Source of the DNA: Candidatus Zhuqueibacterota bacterium
Lineage (GTDB): Bacteria > Zhuqueibacterota > Zhuqueibacteria > Thermofontimicrobiales > Thermofontimicrobiaceae
Assembly: GCA_049322915.1 (NCBI GenBank)
Contig: JBMOPW010000019.1
Location: forward strand, 31,774-95,773
Direction: 5' to 3'
DNA length: 64,000 nt
Shown here in pieces: positions 51,307-59,638 of the stretch (the stretch's first letter is position 1; each line of letters opens with the position of its first letter). The notes below the pieces were generated by a model. That model was not told where the DNA came from. It saw only the letters and a program-made list of their open reading frames with translations, and did not search any database. A program made the translations under genes and the position numbers.

Positions 51307-53671
51307 GATCTGATTTATCTTGAATAATATTTAGCGGAATCCGAACACACTTCATATTCTTGTCATGAATGGTTATTCCATATTCTAAATCTCTTGAAAG
51401 GATTATCATTATGGGTTTGTCTATTCGGTAATTCTCCTGGGCAGCAATCTCCGTTAGGCTCTTGATGTCAAGTCCGCTGGGTTCGTTGCCGCCTGAGGGG
51501 TGATAATGCCATTCTCCCAGATAAAGCCCTTTTTCACCGAGTTCGTTGAAAGCATCTAAAAGCTGTTTTTGACAGTATCCCTCATCCTTCTCGAATCGGA
51601 CTTTCGTTCTTATAGCATTCTGACCGGGCTTGCTCGCTTTAACAATTACATATTCCTCACCAGCATTTCTGTATCCGACCAAGACGCCACCTGTTTCAAC
51701 ATCCCCAGAGTCGGCCGACTCCTGCTTCATGAAATCGAGTACTTCCCTAAGAACATGAATTTTCTTGTCATCAAGCTTTTGACATACGAAACATTTGGGG
51801 TGAGGTGGGATTCTATCGGCCCGAATCAAACCATATGTTGAATTCCCAAGCTGCAGCCCATCCAGTGCCTCAGAACCCCATGTCCAATGATTGCTTTCGG
51901 TATTCTTGCCTTGCAGGAAATCAATAATGATACGAGAAAAGACGCCGGCGATAATCTTCATGTCAGCTGCGCTCGCAGGCCTCACTGGGTTGTTGCATTC
52001 ATTTGTTATGGTAGGGAGATTCTCATCTTCTGGGATATTCAGAAATATAGGATTCTTGTCTTTGAGATACAGTCCCAGACAAGCCTTGCACGCGTCTGTT
52101 TGGGGAATGGCCCTAAATATACGAGCAACTTTGCCACCACGCAAAGCCCTGCAGTAGAATACTGTCCTTCCTTGATCTATAGCCTGTTCATTGAGGTAGG
52201 CTTCTACATTATCGTCCGCTATCGTGGAAATTCCAATTGTGTTTTCTGGAAAATAGCTGTCAATTCTAGCGCTGAGGATATTTGAAAAGTTATATTCAAT
52301 ATTTACAAATGGATTGTGAATTAAGAGTTGTTCGACCATCCCAAATGCTTTAGGAATGCTCGTCCAGTTAATGCCCAAGACGTGTCTGATCGCATTGTGC
52401 GCCCTCATATCCTCTTTGTCCACCAACAGGATTCTTCCCACTCCAGCCTTGGTCAGTGCATCAGCTGTCTCAGAACCAAGCGCTCCGCAACCGATAATAG
52501 ATATCGCCTTATCCTTTAAGATGCCTCTCTTAGCCCTCCCAGTATTCCGCATATGGAAATAATCGTCAGTGAAATACTCCTGATACACTGCTTGTATAGA
52601 GTAATCAAGCAGCCTCAGTTTCAACTCTTCGTTACCGGCTCCAACAATGGGTAAACGACTTCCTTTGGCGAGCCTGAACATCTGCCAGTCTTTTTTTCTT
52701 GACCTTCCGGGGAATCTGATGCCAATGTAAATGCATTCATTCAGTCCGCTTAGTTCAGATTTAAGGCTATGCGCCAGTTCATCAATTCCGTTGCCCGCAT
52801 CACCATTGCCAATGTATCGTACAAATTCACTCACGTTCGAAAATGGTTCTGGCTCAATAGGAATTTCCCACCAGTATCCTTCAATTAATTGACCCTCACG
52901 CAATTTGGTCGCCTTTTCCTGACTATTGTTATCCAGGAGTAGGCGTTTGATGTCGGGAATGGGAGAGAACAAAATCAGCTGCTCATTTTTATAGGTCTTG
53001 GGAGGAAGCGAGACGCCTGCTCGGGTTTCACCATATAACATCACACCCGTGTAGGTTTTCTTGCCAATGTTGTCGGGAAGGAAGTTGGCTGGAATGAAGC
53101 TGGACAGTCCTGCGTAGAATTTTCCTTTTACTATTTCTTCATCAAAGAATAAATCAGGGAGAAGATACTGGATCTCATACGTTCTGCTTGGAAAGTGATG
53201 AAATAGCTCAACTTCACTGCTGTCTTTTGGGATTTTTCCGGACAGCCATATCCTTAATCTCTTAATAATATCTTCAATAGGGTATATTTCCGGGTTTTCG
53301 CCATGTAAGTCCCCCATTTCAACAAAGCAGACACTTCCGTCTTCATTCTGATGACGCCTATTGAAGAATCTGATATTGTTTTTTACCCGCTGCTTTATCT
53401 CTTCCGGTGCAATCTCTGAGTATTCTATTGCCGTTTCCTCGCTTATTTCATTATCCAGAATGTAGATTGTCGGGGGTATGTAAGGCGTAGCTTCAGGATA
53501 TACGATTAAGATAGGGAAGTATTCTGTTTTGCTTTTGTGAACTATAATATGGCCGCCGGATATGAGGGTTTGGCCTATGACCTGGTACTGCTCCCTGTAA
53601 ATGGAATTGGTGGAAAGCTCCCTTGTCTCCCTATACAACCAGGCAGTATTTCGGGCAAACCACTCCATCAA
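51284..53671 (-). CDS. Fused E2 (UBC-like) - E1 (ThiF) - JAB protein, Cap2/Cap3-like
   Basis: YPEATPYIPP and HQNEDGSVC (E2); IIGCGALGS..LVDKE..HNAIRH, CKAC, NEC, CFVC (E1); ETGG, GEWHYHP..PSGLD (JAB). Confidence 0.9.
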   Translation of the reverse strand: MMEWFARNTAWLYRETRELSTNSIYREQYQVIGQTLISGGHIIVHKSKTEYFPILIVYPEATPYIPPTIYILDNEISEETAIEYSEIAPEEIKQRVKNNIRFFNRRHQNEDGSVCFVEMGDLHGENPEIYPIEDIIKRLRIWLSGKIPKDSSEVELFHHFPSRTYEIQYLLPDLFFDEEIVKGKFYAGLSSFIPANFLPDNIGKKTYTGVMLYGETRAGVSLPPKTYKNEQLILFSPIPDIKRLLLDNNSQEKATKLREGQLIEGYWWEIPIEPEPFSNVSEFVRYIGNGDAGNGIDELAHSLKSELSGLNECIYIGIRFPGRSRKKDWQMFRLAKGSRLPIVGAGNEELKLRLLDYSIQAVYQEYFTDDYFHMRNTGRAKRGILKDKAISIIGCGALGSETADALTKAGVGRILLVDKEDMRAHNAIRHVLGINWTSIPKAFGMVEQLLIHNPFVNIEYNFSNILSARIDSYFPENTIGISTIADDNVEAYLNEQAIDQGRTVFYCRALRGGKVARIFRAIPQTDACKACLGLYLKDKNPIFLNIPEDENLPTITNECNNPVRPASAADMKIIAGVFSRIIIDFLQGKNTESNHWTWGSEALDGLQLGNSTYGLIRADRIPPHPKCFVCQKLDDKKIHVLREVLDFMKQESADSGDVETGGVLVGYRNAGEEYVIVKASKPGQNAIRTKVRFEKDEGYCQKQLLDAFNELGEKGLYLGEWHYHPSGGNEPSGLDIKSLTEIAAQENYRIDKPIMIILSRDLEYGITIHDKNMKCVRIPLNIIQDKSDHLTNSST

Positions 53672-54732
53672 GCACCCATGGGCTTCTTGTCAATTTTGCT
53701 TACTGGGGGTGGAAATACTATTCTTTTACCGCCTCCGCCCTTGCCACCGTCCTTTTTCCCGTATTCCTTGACCAAGTCATCATCAGGATAAAGGTCTATC
53801 ACTCCATCAGCATTTATATCAACAATTATGCATTCTCTTTTCTCACCTAAATGGAAAACATTATCGTCGCCCACCTCATCCTTATATAAATCCATGGCTT
53901 CCTTATGGGGATGATCGTGCTTGCTTTCTTCGTCTTTCGGAGCGCTGACTACGACATACGTTGGCTTAATGTTATTTAAGTGTTCTTTGTAAGGGTCTGC
54001 ATCTGTATCGGCATCTTTCCAGAAGAAGGATCTTGAACCATGGTGCGCAGCACTCAGGACCGTAGAAGGAAGCCTGTCATTATGGTAATCGGTGATATGT
54101 TCTTTCCATGCACTATAATCCGCATCTCCAGTGATAAGTATCTGTTTCTCCTCTTTTCCATACCTGAATCGAATGACCCCACATTGTTCATGAATCCTTG
54201 CATATCTCTCCTCTGGCTTTTCATCTTCTATTTCGTCAGATACATAGTCCGCGGGAGCCAATACGTTGTAATTTATGTCGCCCAGCACTATTTCTTCTTC
54301 ATCCAATTTGTTCTTTTCCCTGCTGCCTCGAAGGCGAAAGACGTTTTCGTTTCCCAGTTTTTTGATTACAAACTCCAGATCCTTATAGGTTTCCTTGTGC
54401 TCGCCGCCAGGCTTGTGCCCTGAATGCCATAATTGGTCAATGCCAATCTTTTCATAGATTTCCCTAACCTTTCCAAGATGGTCTTTATGGGGATGAGTGT
54501 TGATATAGACATCTAGGCCCCTTTCCTGCCCGTCAAAAAGTTCCTCAAGGAGCTTGATAATATCTATGCCACCAGCTTCTTCATCATAATTTGAATCTAT
54601 CAACACATACTTATAGCCGTCACTCCCAGGGACTGCAAGCAGCGTGGAATCACCTTGCCCGACGTAAAGGAATATTGTTCGGAAGATATTGGGCTCGGCT
54701 GGAATAATTACGTTTTTTGCTGTGTTCGACAT
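53668..54732 (-). CDS. ComEC/Rec2-like metallo-beta-lactamase-fold hydrolase with flexible tail ending PMGA
   Basis: VGQGD, THPHKDH, TGDA, HHGS, HDHP; ATGA overlap with E2-E1-JAB. Confidence 0.88.
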   Translation of the reverse strand: MSNTAKNVIIPAEPNIFRTIFLYVGQGDSTLLAVPGSDGYKYVLIDSNYDEEAGGIDIIKLLEELFDGQERGLDVYINTHPHKDHLGKVREIYEKIGIDQLWHSGHKPGGEHKETYKDLEFVIKKLGNENVFRLRGSREKNKLDEEEIVLGDINYNVLAPADYVSDEIEDEKPEERYARIHEQCGVIRFRYGKEEKQILITGDADYSAWKEHITDYHNDRLPSTVLSAAHHGSRSFFWKDADTDADPYKEHLNNIKPTYVVVSAPKDEESKHDHPHKEAMDLYKDEVGDDNVFHLGEKRECIIVDINADGVIDLYPDDDLVKEYGKKDGGKGGGGKRIVFPPPVSKIDKKPMGA

Positions 54733-54747
54733 CCATTGTCTCCTTTA

Positions 54748-55413
54748 TTATCCCTGTTCTGAAAATCGTACCAAAAACAGGTCATAGATTGATCTGGCGA
54801 AATCCTCGCCCCTTTTCTTTGTGCGAAAATAGCTTACTACTACACCAATAATGGTGAAAATCAGAACGCTAAGGATTACGGACTTCCTTTGGGGTTCAGT
54901 GAATAAAAAAACACCCAGGTCAAATAGAAAGAGAAAAGTGAAGGTTGTTAGAAGGCATCTGAATAGTCCATAATGTGCATTGAATATTTGAGGCCGATCG
55001 CTGAGATTTTCCTTATCCACAGCGTTGTAACAAAGATAAAAGATCTCCTGGTTCTTTTTGAGTTGTTTCTCTTTGGACTGGTCATCGTCAGCCTTGACGG
55101 AGTATTTGGCTCTGACTATCTCCTTGATTTTGCTCTTGTATTCGTTGCTGAACTTATTGTCATCTGGGAGAAGCCACTTTGCGGACGGGAATCCTCTCCA
55201 AACTTTCAGCAGTATCTTTTCTGTCAATCCCTGGCTAATTCCCTGCAAAATTAAACCGGTTACATAACCCAAAGCCACCAGGACAGAGGTCTCGGCCAGT
55301 CCGCCTGTAAATGGAATGTCTGCCGAATTGGAAATGAAGGAAACTCCCCAGAGGAAGAGAATCCCTGGTATTACCACTGCAATGAAGTCGTATAGAGAAA
55401 ACCTTGATACCAT
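54748..55413 (-). CDS. 4-TM membrane protein, first gene of the MBL/E2-E1-JAB operon
   Basis: YDFIAVVIPG N-terminus; two TM pairs around a soluble loop; 15 bp from the MBL start. Confidence 0.75.
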   Translation of the reverse strand: MVSRFSLYDFIAVVIPGILFLWGVSFISNSADIPFTGGLAETSVLVALGYVTGLILQGISQGLTEKILLKVWRGFPSAKWLLPDDNKFSNEYKSKIKEIVRAKYSVKADDDQSKEKQLKKNQEIFYLCYNAVDKENLSDRPQIFNAHYGLFRCLLTTFTFLFLFDLGVFLFTEPQRKSVILSVLIFTIIGVVVSYFRTKKRGEDFARSIYDLFLVRFSEQG

Positions 55414-55452
55414 AAATTCTTCTTACCTTACCCTATTAGGATTCAATTCTTC

Positions 55453-55550
55453 ATTTAATCGCGGCGCTGACCCGCGAGCACGCTGGCTGGGAGTCCCGCT
55501 TGCGGGACGGACAGACAGCGCGCGCAGTCGGGTCAAGTGCCATGTTCCGC
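55453..55550 (-). repeat. attC site (R'' GCGGAAC, non-canonical R' ATTAAAT)
   Basis: Long imperfect palindrome ttgacccg...cgggtcag. Confidence 0.75.
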
Positions 55551-55616
55551 CGCGCGTCAGCGCGGGGAGCATGGCACTGACGAAGTCAGCGCCGCGATTC
55601 CGCGCGACGAAGTCGC

Positions 55617-55676
55617 ACGGAACGTCAAGTTCAGTGGCGGAGCGTCAGCGGAGTCCGCTAGAGCGCCTGGTTGGGC
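55617..55676 (-). repeat. attC site (R'' GCCCAAC, R' GTTCCGT)
   Basis: 60-bp canonical-looking attC directly after hicA. Confidence 0.88.
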
Positions 55677-55682
55677 GATCGA

Positions 55683-55910
55683 TCACGACTCGAACTCGCT
55701 CCTGGGTATACCAGACTGGCGGATGATGGATTGAAGTGTGCCAATCCGCAGCTCGTCGTGGTTTGGAACGGGTACGGTAACCGTTGTATCAGGCAGATGC
55801 TTCTGCATCACGACATGGCTACCGCGCTGCCGCACTTCATGGAACCCATGGAGCACAAGGATGGCGCAAACTTGCTTCCCGGAGAGGACGCGGAGCTTAC
55901 CCAACGGCAA
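55683..55910 (-). CDS. hicA: HicA-family toxin
   Basis: RQRGSH, VPVPNH, GTLQSIIRQSG. Confidence 0.9.
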   Translation of the reverse strand: MPLGKLRVLSGKQVCAILVLHGFHEVRQRGSHVVMQKHLPDTTVTVPVPNHDELRIGTLQSIIRQSGIPRSEFES

Positions 55911-56118
55911 CCTCCACTCGGGTCACATACACTTCTTCATGCAAGCGCGTCTGGATCTCCTCGGGCGAGGCTGTTTCGAAAAATAGCTCTAGTGCTTCCC
56001 GAAGATTTTCGCGGGCTTCTTCGATGGTATCGCCCTGACTGGCGATATCGAGTTCTGGGCAAAGCGACACATACCCGCACCCTTCCCGCTCAATAAACGC
56101 TGTAAGTTGCTTCTGCAT
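55897..56118 (-). CDS. hicB: HicB-like antitoxin (short form)
   Basis: CPELDIASQGDTIEEARENLREALELF; start at MQKQ. Confidence 0.88.
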   Translation of the reverse strand: MQKQLTAFIEREGCGYVSLCPELDIASQGDTIEEARENLREALELFFETASPEEIQTRLHEEVYVTRVEVAVG

Positions 56119-56274
56119 AATATCTACTCCAATTTTCTGAATCGTCATTCCTCGGTTTCGCGAACCAAGGCTTGTGCTACGCGCACGAACCAGTTATCTC
56201 TTGTAGAGCCAACAGTTGCGATAAGTTTATAGGTCAGTTTAGTGGTCATTCGAGCCTCCTGTGCCGACTGTACG

Positions 56275-57122
56275 GTCGGGTAGGTCGGGGGCATTGCTGC
56301 CCCTTTCCCCCCTAAGAACCGTACGTGACAGTTTCCCGTCATACGGCTCAAGCCTCTGAAAAGTATCCCTTGTGGGGATACCCACGAATTAATAATAATT
56401 TGTTTCACGTTACATTCTGATATTCAGAATAGCCATAAGGTATGTAGAGTGCACCATCCCGACTCGTCGGGACGTCATTTGCTTTCTCTACTTTCATCTG
56501 ATTACACCAGTATTCACGAGACCAGAGACCTGCTGAACGTCTGCCTCTTTACAGAGTCCCGATTCATCGGGATATCCCGACCATTACAGCCGGACATTCG
56601 CTTCTTTCAGCATCCTATTCCAATCCACCATCAGCTTGCCTTACGGTTAGCCTGCCCATCATAACAGGGCGATGGAATTGGGTTTCCACGTTCCGTATAA
56701 TTGACCCCAATGAGTAACTTAGGTGGATTCTCTACGCCGGCGATACGACAGTTCCGTATAGGTAGTTAGAAGACCTATAACCTGATCGCCTGTGTAAACA
56801 CAAGGAAACACAGCTTATACCTATTTCTGGTTTTAGCCAGAATTTAATCTCCGTAAGTATGATGCACCATTGACGACGCTTACAGACTTTCAATTGATTT
56901 CACCATATTACTCAGACCTTAGCCCTTAACCGGAGGAGATTTCCGGATGGGTTTTCATCTCACGATGTCCGACCGTTTCGGTGCATTGTCCGGTGAGCTT
57001 CACACCCCGTCATCAGCGCAACGGTAGCATGTCACCGTAAGGTACTGATAGGAACATATCAGGTTTGTCTAAAGAACAATATCTCTTTAACAAACATTCA
57101 ATTATACAGCCTCGTGTCGCAC
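56275..57122 (-). ncRNA. ORF-less group II intron (848 nt) inserted in attC R'
   Basis: 5' GTGCG at 57122; 34-nt domain V GAGCCGTATGACGGGAAACTGTCACGTACGGTTC (56349-56316); domain VI with bulged A and 3' AC at 56275; exons rejoin to GTTAGG|C. Confidence 0.88.
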
Positions 57123-57254
57123 CCTAACGACAAGTGTAACCTGCCAAAGGGCTTGATTGCACAGCACTTATGAACTTAACATAACTTTGATGAATGCACT
57201 ACTTTTCTGGATTTCATCGTCCGCCCTTTGGTCAGGTTGACGCAAAGGTTAGCT
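57123..57254 (-). repeat. attC site (R'' AGCTAAC, R' GTTAGG)
   Basis: caacctgaccaaagggc / gccctttggcaggtt arms. Confidence 0.85.
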
Positions 57255-57272
57255 GAAAGTTATTAATATGTG

Positions 57273-57848
57273 TTACCTTATATCTATAAATTCTGTTTTC
57301 ATTAATTCTTTTATTCGTATATCAATATGATGATTTTTAATATATTCAAATGTAGATATAGGAACTAAATGATTCCATAATTCATCGTTAAGAATTTTAC
57401 ATCTTATCTCATGACCTGAATAAGGTTTACTAATTAATTCTCTTCTCCAAAGGATTTCTACTTTTAAATTTAACGACTTTAAAAGATACAATTTTTTCTC
57501 ACCCCATTCATCATAAATCGTAATAAAATAGGTGGCTTCTTTAGGTGTGTAATAATGCAATAATTCTGGAATATTAATAGGAAAGGGAACTATACAAAAA
57601 TCAGATGAACTATAACCACTATCAAAAAGAGCCTTTTGTAATATGTTATATCGTTCGAAATATGTTAATGGATTTGAAGATGGTGACGATCGATGTAAAG
57701 CTGTTTTATCTTCTTTTGTATGAGTCGGATCTGGATTTGTAATACCAATATACATATAATTAACTCTTTTCATTCCTGCTAATAGGTATTCCATATGTCC
57801 AAGATGTAATGGTTGAAATCTCCCATGAATAACACCTATTTTAATCAT
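57273..57848 (-). CDS. HxGH nucleotidyltransferase (NMNAT/cytidylyltransferase-like)
   Basis: HGRFQPLHLGH, IGITNPD, NPLTYFER, SGHEIR. Confidence 0.85.
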   Translation of the reverse strand: MIKIGVIHGRFQPLHLGHMEYLLAGMKRVNYMYIGITNPDPTHTKEDKTALHRSSPSSNPLTYFERYNILQKALFDSGYSSSDFCIVPFPINIPELLHYYTPKEATYFITIYDEWGEKKLYLLKSLNLKVEILWRRELISKPYSGHEIRCKILNDELWNHLVPISTFEYIKNHHIDIRIKELMKTEFIDIR

Positions 57849-57850
57849 TA

Positions 57851-58654
57851 TTATGCCTTTTTAAAAAAATCAACTATTTCATCAATGCTTAGAGCTTCAT
57901 TCCATAAATGCTTAAAGCTTTCAATTAATTTTTCATAAAGATTTTCTGAATCAATTTTTTTTACTATAAAGCTTGGACGATGCTGGGGAGTAAATTTATG
58001 TAAGATTGGTTCAACTTTAATCATACCGCTATTTGTATCTTTATCAATAAAAAGTATAGAAGCCGTTGGAATAGTAGGGTAACACTTTATTTCAATATTC
58101 GCCTTAACCGAGGGATCATTAATCTCATCTAACCAATCCTTTTGGTGAAGGATATTGTTTTTTAATAAATCAGGCAATCCTTTAAAAGTGTGGACTTTTC
58201 CGACTTCTCCTACCCAAGGTAACAATTTACCATCTTTATTTATTGGACTCATGATTAAAAGTTTAATTTTTATTCCTTTTTGGGCTTTTTGTCGCAGTAA
58301 TGGTAAATGAAGATGTGTAACAGCACCAAGCTGTAGCCCCATAATTATTAATTCTTGTTTAGTTTCGTTTAGTATTTTATCAATTGAAGGAACATCCGAT
58401 CGATCAGTAAAAAAATCTGAAATTCCTTTAATTCTACTTGAAATTTGTAATGATAATAAGGATCTGTTATTTTTGATTTGATTATAAATAAGTAACGATA
58501 GGACTGCTAAAGTAACAGAAATACTAATTTGCTGTTTAATATTATCCAAAATACCAAGAATAGCCACTACTAATGCAATAATAATTAGCAGGTAATTCTC
58601 AATATTCTTACCTTCTTTTAAATCTTGTAAAATGTTTGACAAGCTTTTAAACAT
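57851..58654 (-). CDS. 2-TM protein with DUF5919/PLD-like domain
   Basis: Two N-terminal TMs; IKLLIMSP, IEIKCY...FID, F..LWNEA. Confidence 0.65.
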   Translation of the reverse strand: MFKSLSNILQDLKEGKNIENYLLIIIALVVAILGILDNIKQQISISVTLAVLSLLIYNQIKNNRSLLSLQISSRIKGISDFFTDRSDVPSIDKILNETKQELIIMGLQLGAVTHLHLPLLRQKAQKGIKIKLLIMSPINKDGKLLPWVGEVGKVHTFKGLPDLLKNNILHQKDWLDEINDPSVKANIEIKCYPTIPTASILFIDKDTNSGMIKVEPILHKFTPQHRPSFIVKKIDSENLYEKLIESFKHLWNEALSIDEIVDFFKKA

Positions 58655-58683
58655 TAATTACTCCTATATAATTAATCTAAAGC

Positions 58684-58742
58684 AGCTAACGCCAGGGTTC
58701 AGCCGCGCGGTTTTCTGCGTCGGCTGGAACTCTTTGTTGGGG
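58684..58742 (-). repeat. attC site (R'' CCCCAAC, R' GTTAGCT)
   Basis: 59-bp canonical attC: ttccagccgacgc..gcgcggctgaa. Confidence 0.9.
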
Positions 58743-59451
58743 TACCTTCGCTCTTCATGGTGATTTGTGTTTTTAGTTTAGATATCTGAGCAGAGACTCG
58801 TTGAATCCTATCCATAGGAATCATTAAAAAAAGAAAAAGCAAAACGAAAATCAGCCCTACACTTATTCCACCTTCAAGAACATTTGTTTTGGAAAGCGAA
58901 TAAACACTAATCACGGATAAGGCAATATAGATCGCTTTTGAAATAACCTCTTTCCTAAAGTCCTTTTTTCGGAGACACGCGTTTTCTGCTTCAAGTCGAT
59001 CAACCTCTGTTTCAAGATATTCAGTACGTCCAATTAGTTTGTCGACAACTGGCGTGGTATCCGCAATCTGTAAATTGATTGTTTTTTCAACCAAGATGTA
59101 TTTTTTTATTTTGTTAGATAGTTCTTTAATATCAACGGGTTTTGTAATAAAATCACATGCGCCATTTCTAATACAACGAATAGCGGTGTCACGGTCTTTA
59201 AAATACCCTGAGAACATGACGACCCTTGTCTCAACGCCACGTTTCTTAAACTCTTCTAAAACTTCGAATCCATCAAGCACTGGAAGCTGAATGTCTAATA
59301 GCACCAGATCGGGGTTTACCTTTGCTGCAATTTCGACAGCTTCTCGACCATCAATTGCAGTTGACACATCATAACCAGTTTTCTCAAAGTATCGTTTAAG
59401 TAGTGTGGAAATGTCAGGTTCATCATCTACGATAAGTATTTTGTCTGTCAT
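58699..59451 (-). CDS. Receiver domain + coiled coil + 2-TM protein
   Basis: IVDDE, LLDIQLP, FSG, ITKP; start at MTDK; stop lies within attC. Confidence 0.8.
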   Translation of the reverse strand: MTDKILIVDDEPDISTLLKRYFEKTGYDVSTAIDGREAVEIAAKVNPDLVLLDIQLPVLDGFEVLEEFKKRGVETRVVMFSGYFKDRDTAIRCIRNGACDFITKPVDIKELSNKIKKYILVEKTINLQIADTTPVVDKLIGRTEYLETEVDRLEAENACLRKKDFRKEVISKAIYIALSVISVYSLSKTNVLEGGISVGLIFVLLFLFLMIPMDRIQRVSAQISKLKTQITMKSEGTPTKSSSRRRKPRG

Positions 59452-59460
59452 TTTTTTAAA

Positions 59461-59588
59461 CCCCAACATTAGCATGAGGAGCACGAGGGAAAAGAGTATA
59501 TACTTTTCCTATTGTGCCACTCACTAAAATTGTCAAGAATTATCCTTTTTTCCCAAACCCTCGTGTCTGCTCAATGCTGTCGTTGCAC
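59461..59588 (-). repeat. attC site (R'' GTGCAAC, R' GTTGGGG)
   Basis: gcattgagcagacacgaggg / ccctcgtgctcctcatgc arms. Confidence 0.85.
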
Positions 59589-59638
59589 ATACTGTTGCGC
59601 CTATGGTACGTTACTCTCCATTTTCACTGGCGAGCACC

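Noticed and set aside
53668..54732. Antibiotic-resistance beta-lactamase or competence ComEC
   Set aside because: No signal peptide or competence membrane domain; context is the E2-E1-JAB operon
51284..55413. Calling the operon CBASS or Pycsar
   Set aside because: No CD-NTase or PycC cyclase in the cassette; only the Cap2/Cap3-like machinery is shared
56145..56408. 87-aa ORF from the track
   Set aside because: Its N-terminal part is a translation of intron domains V/VI; only the last 34 codons have an SD
56275..57122. Retron, DGR or RT-encoding element
   Set aside because: No reverse transcriptase ORF in the window
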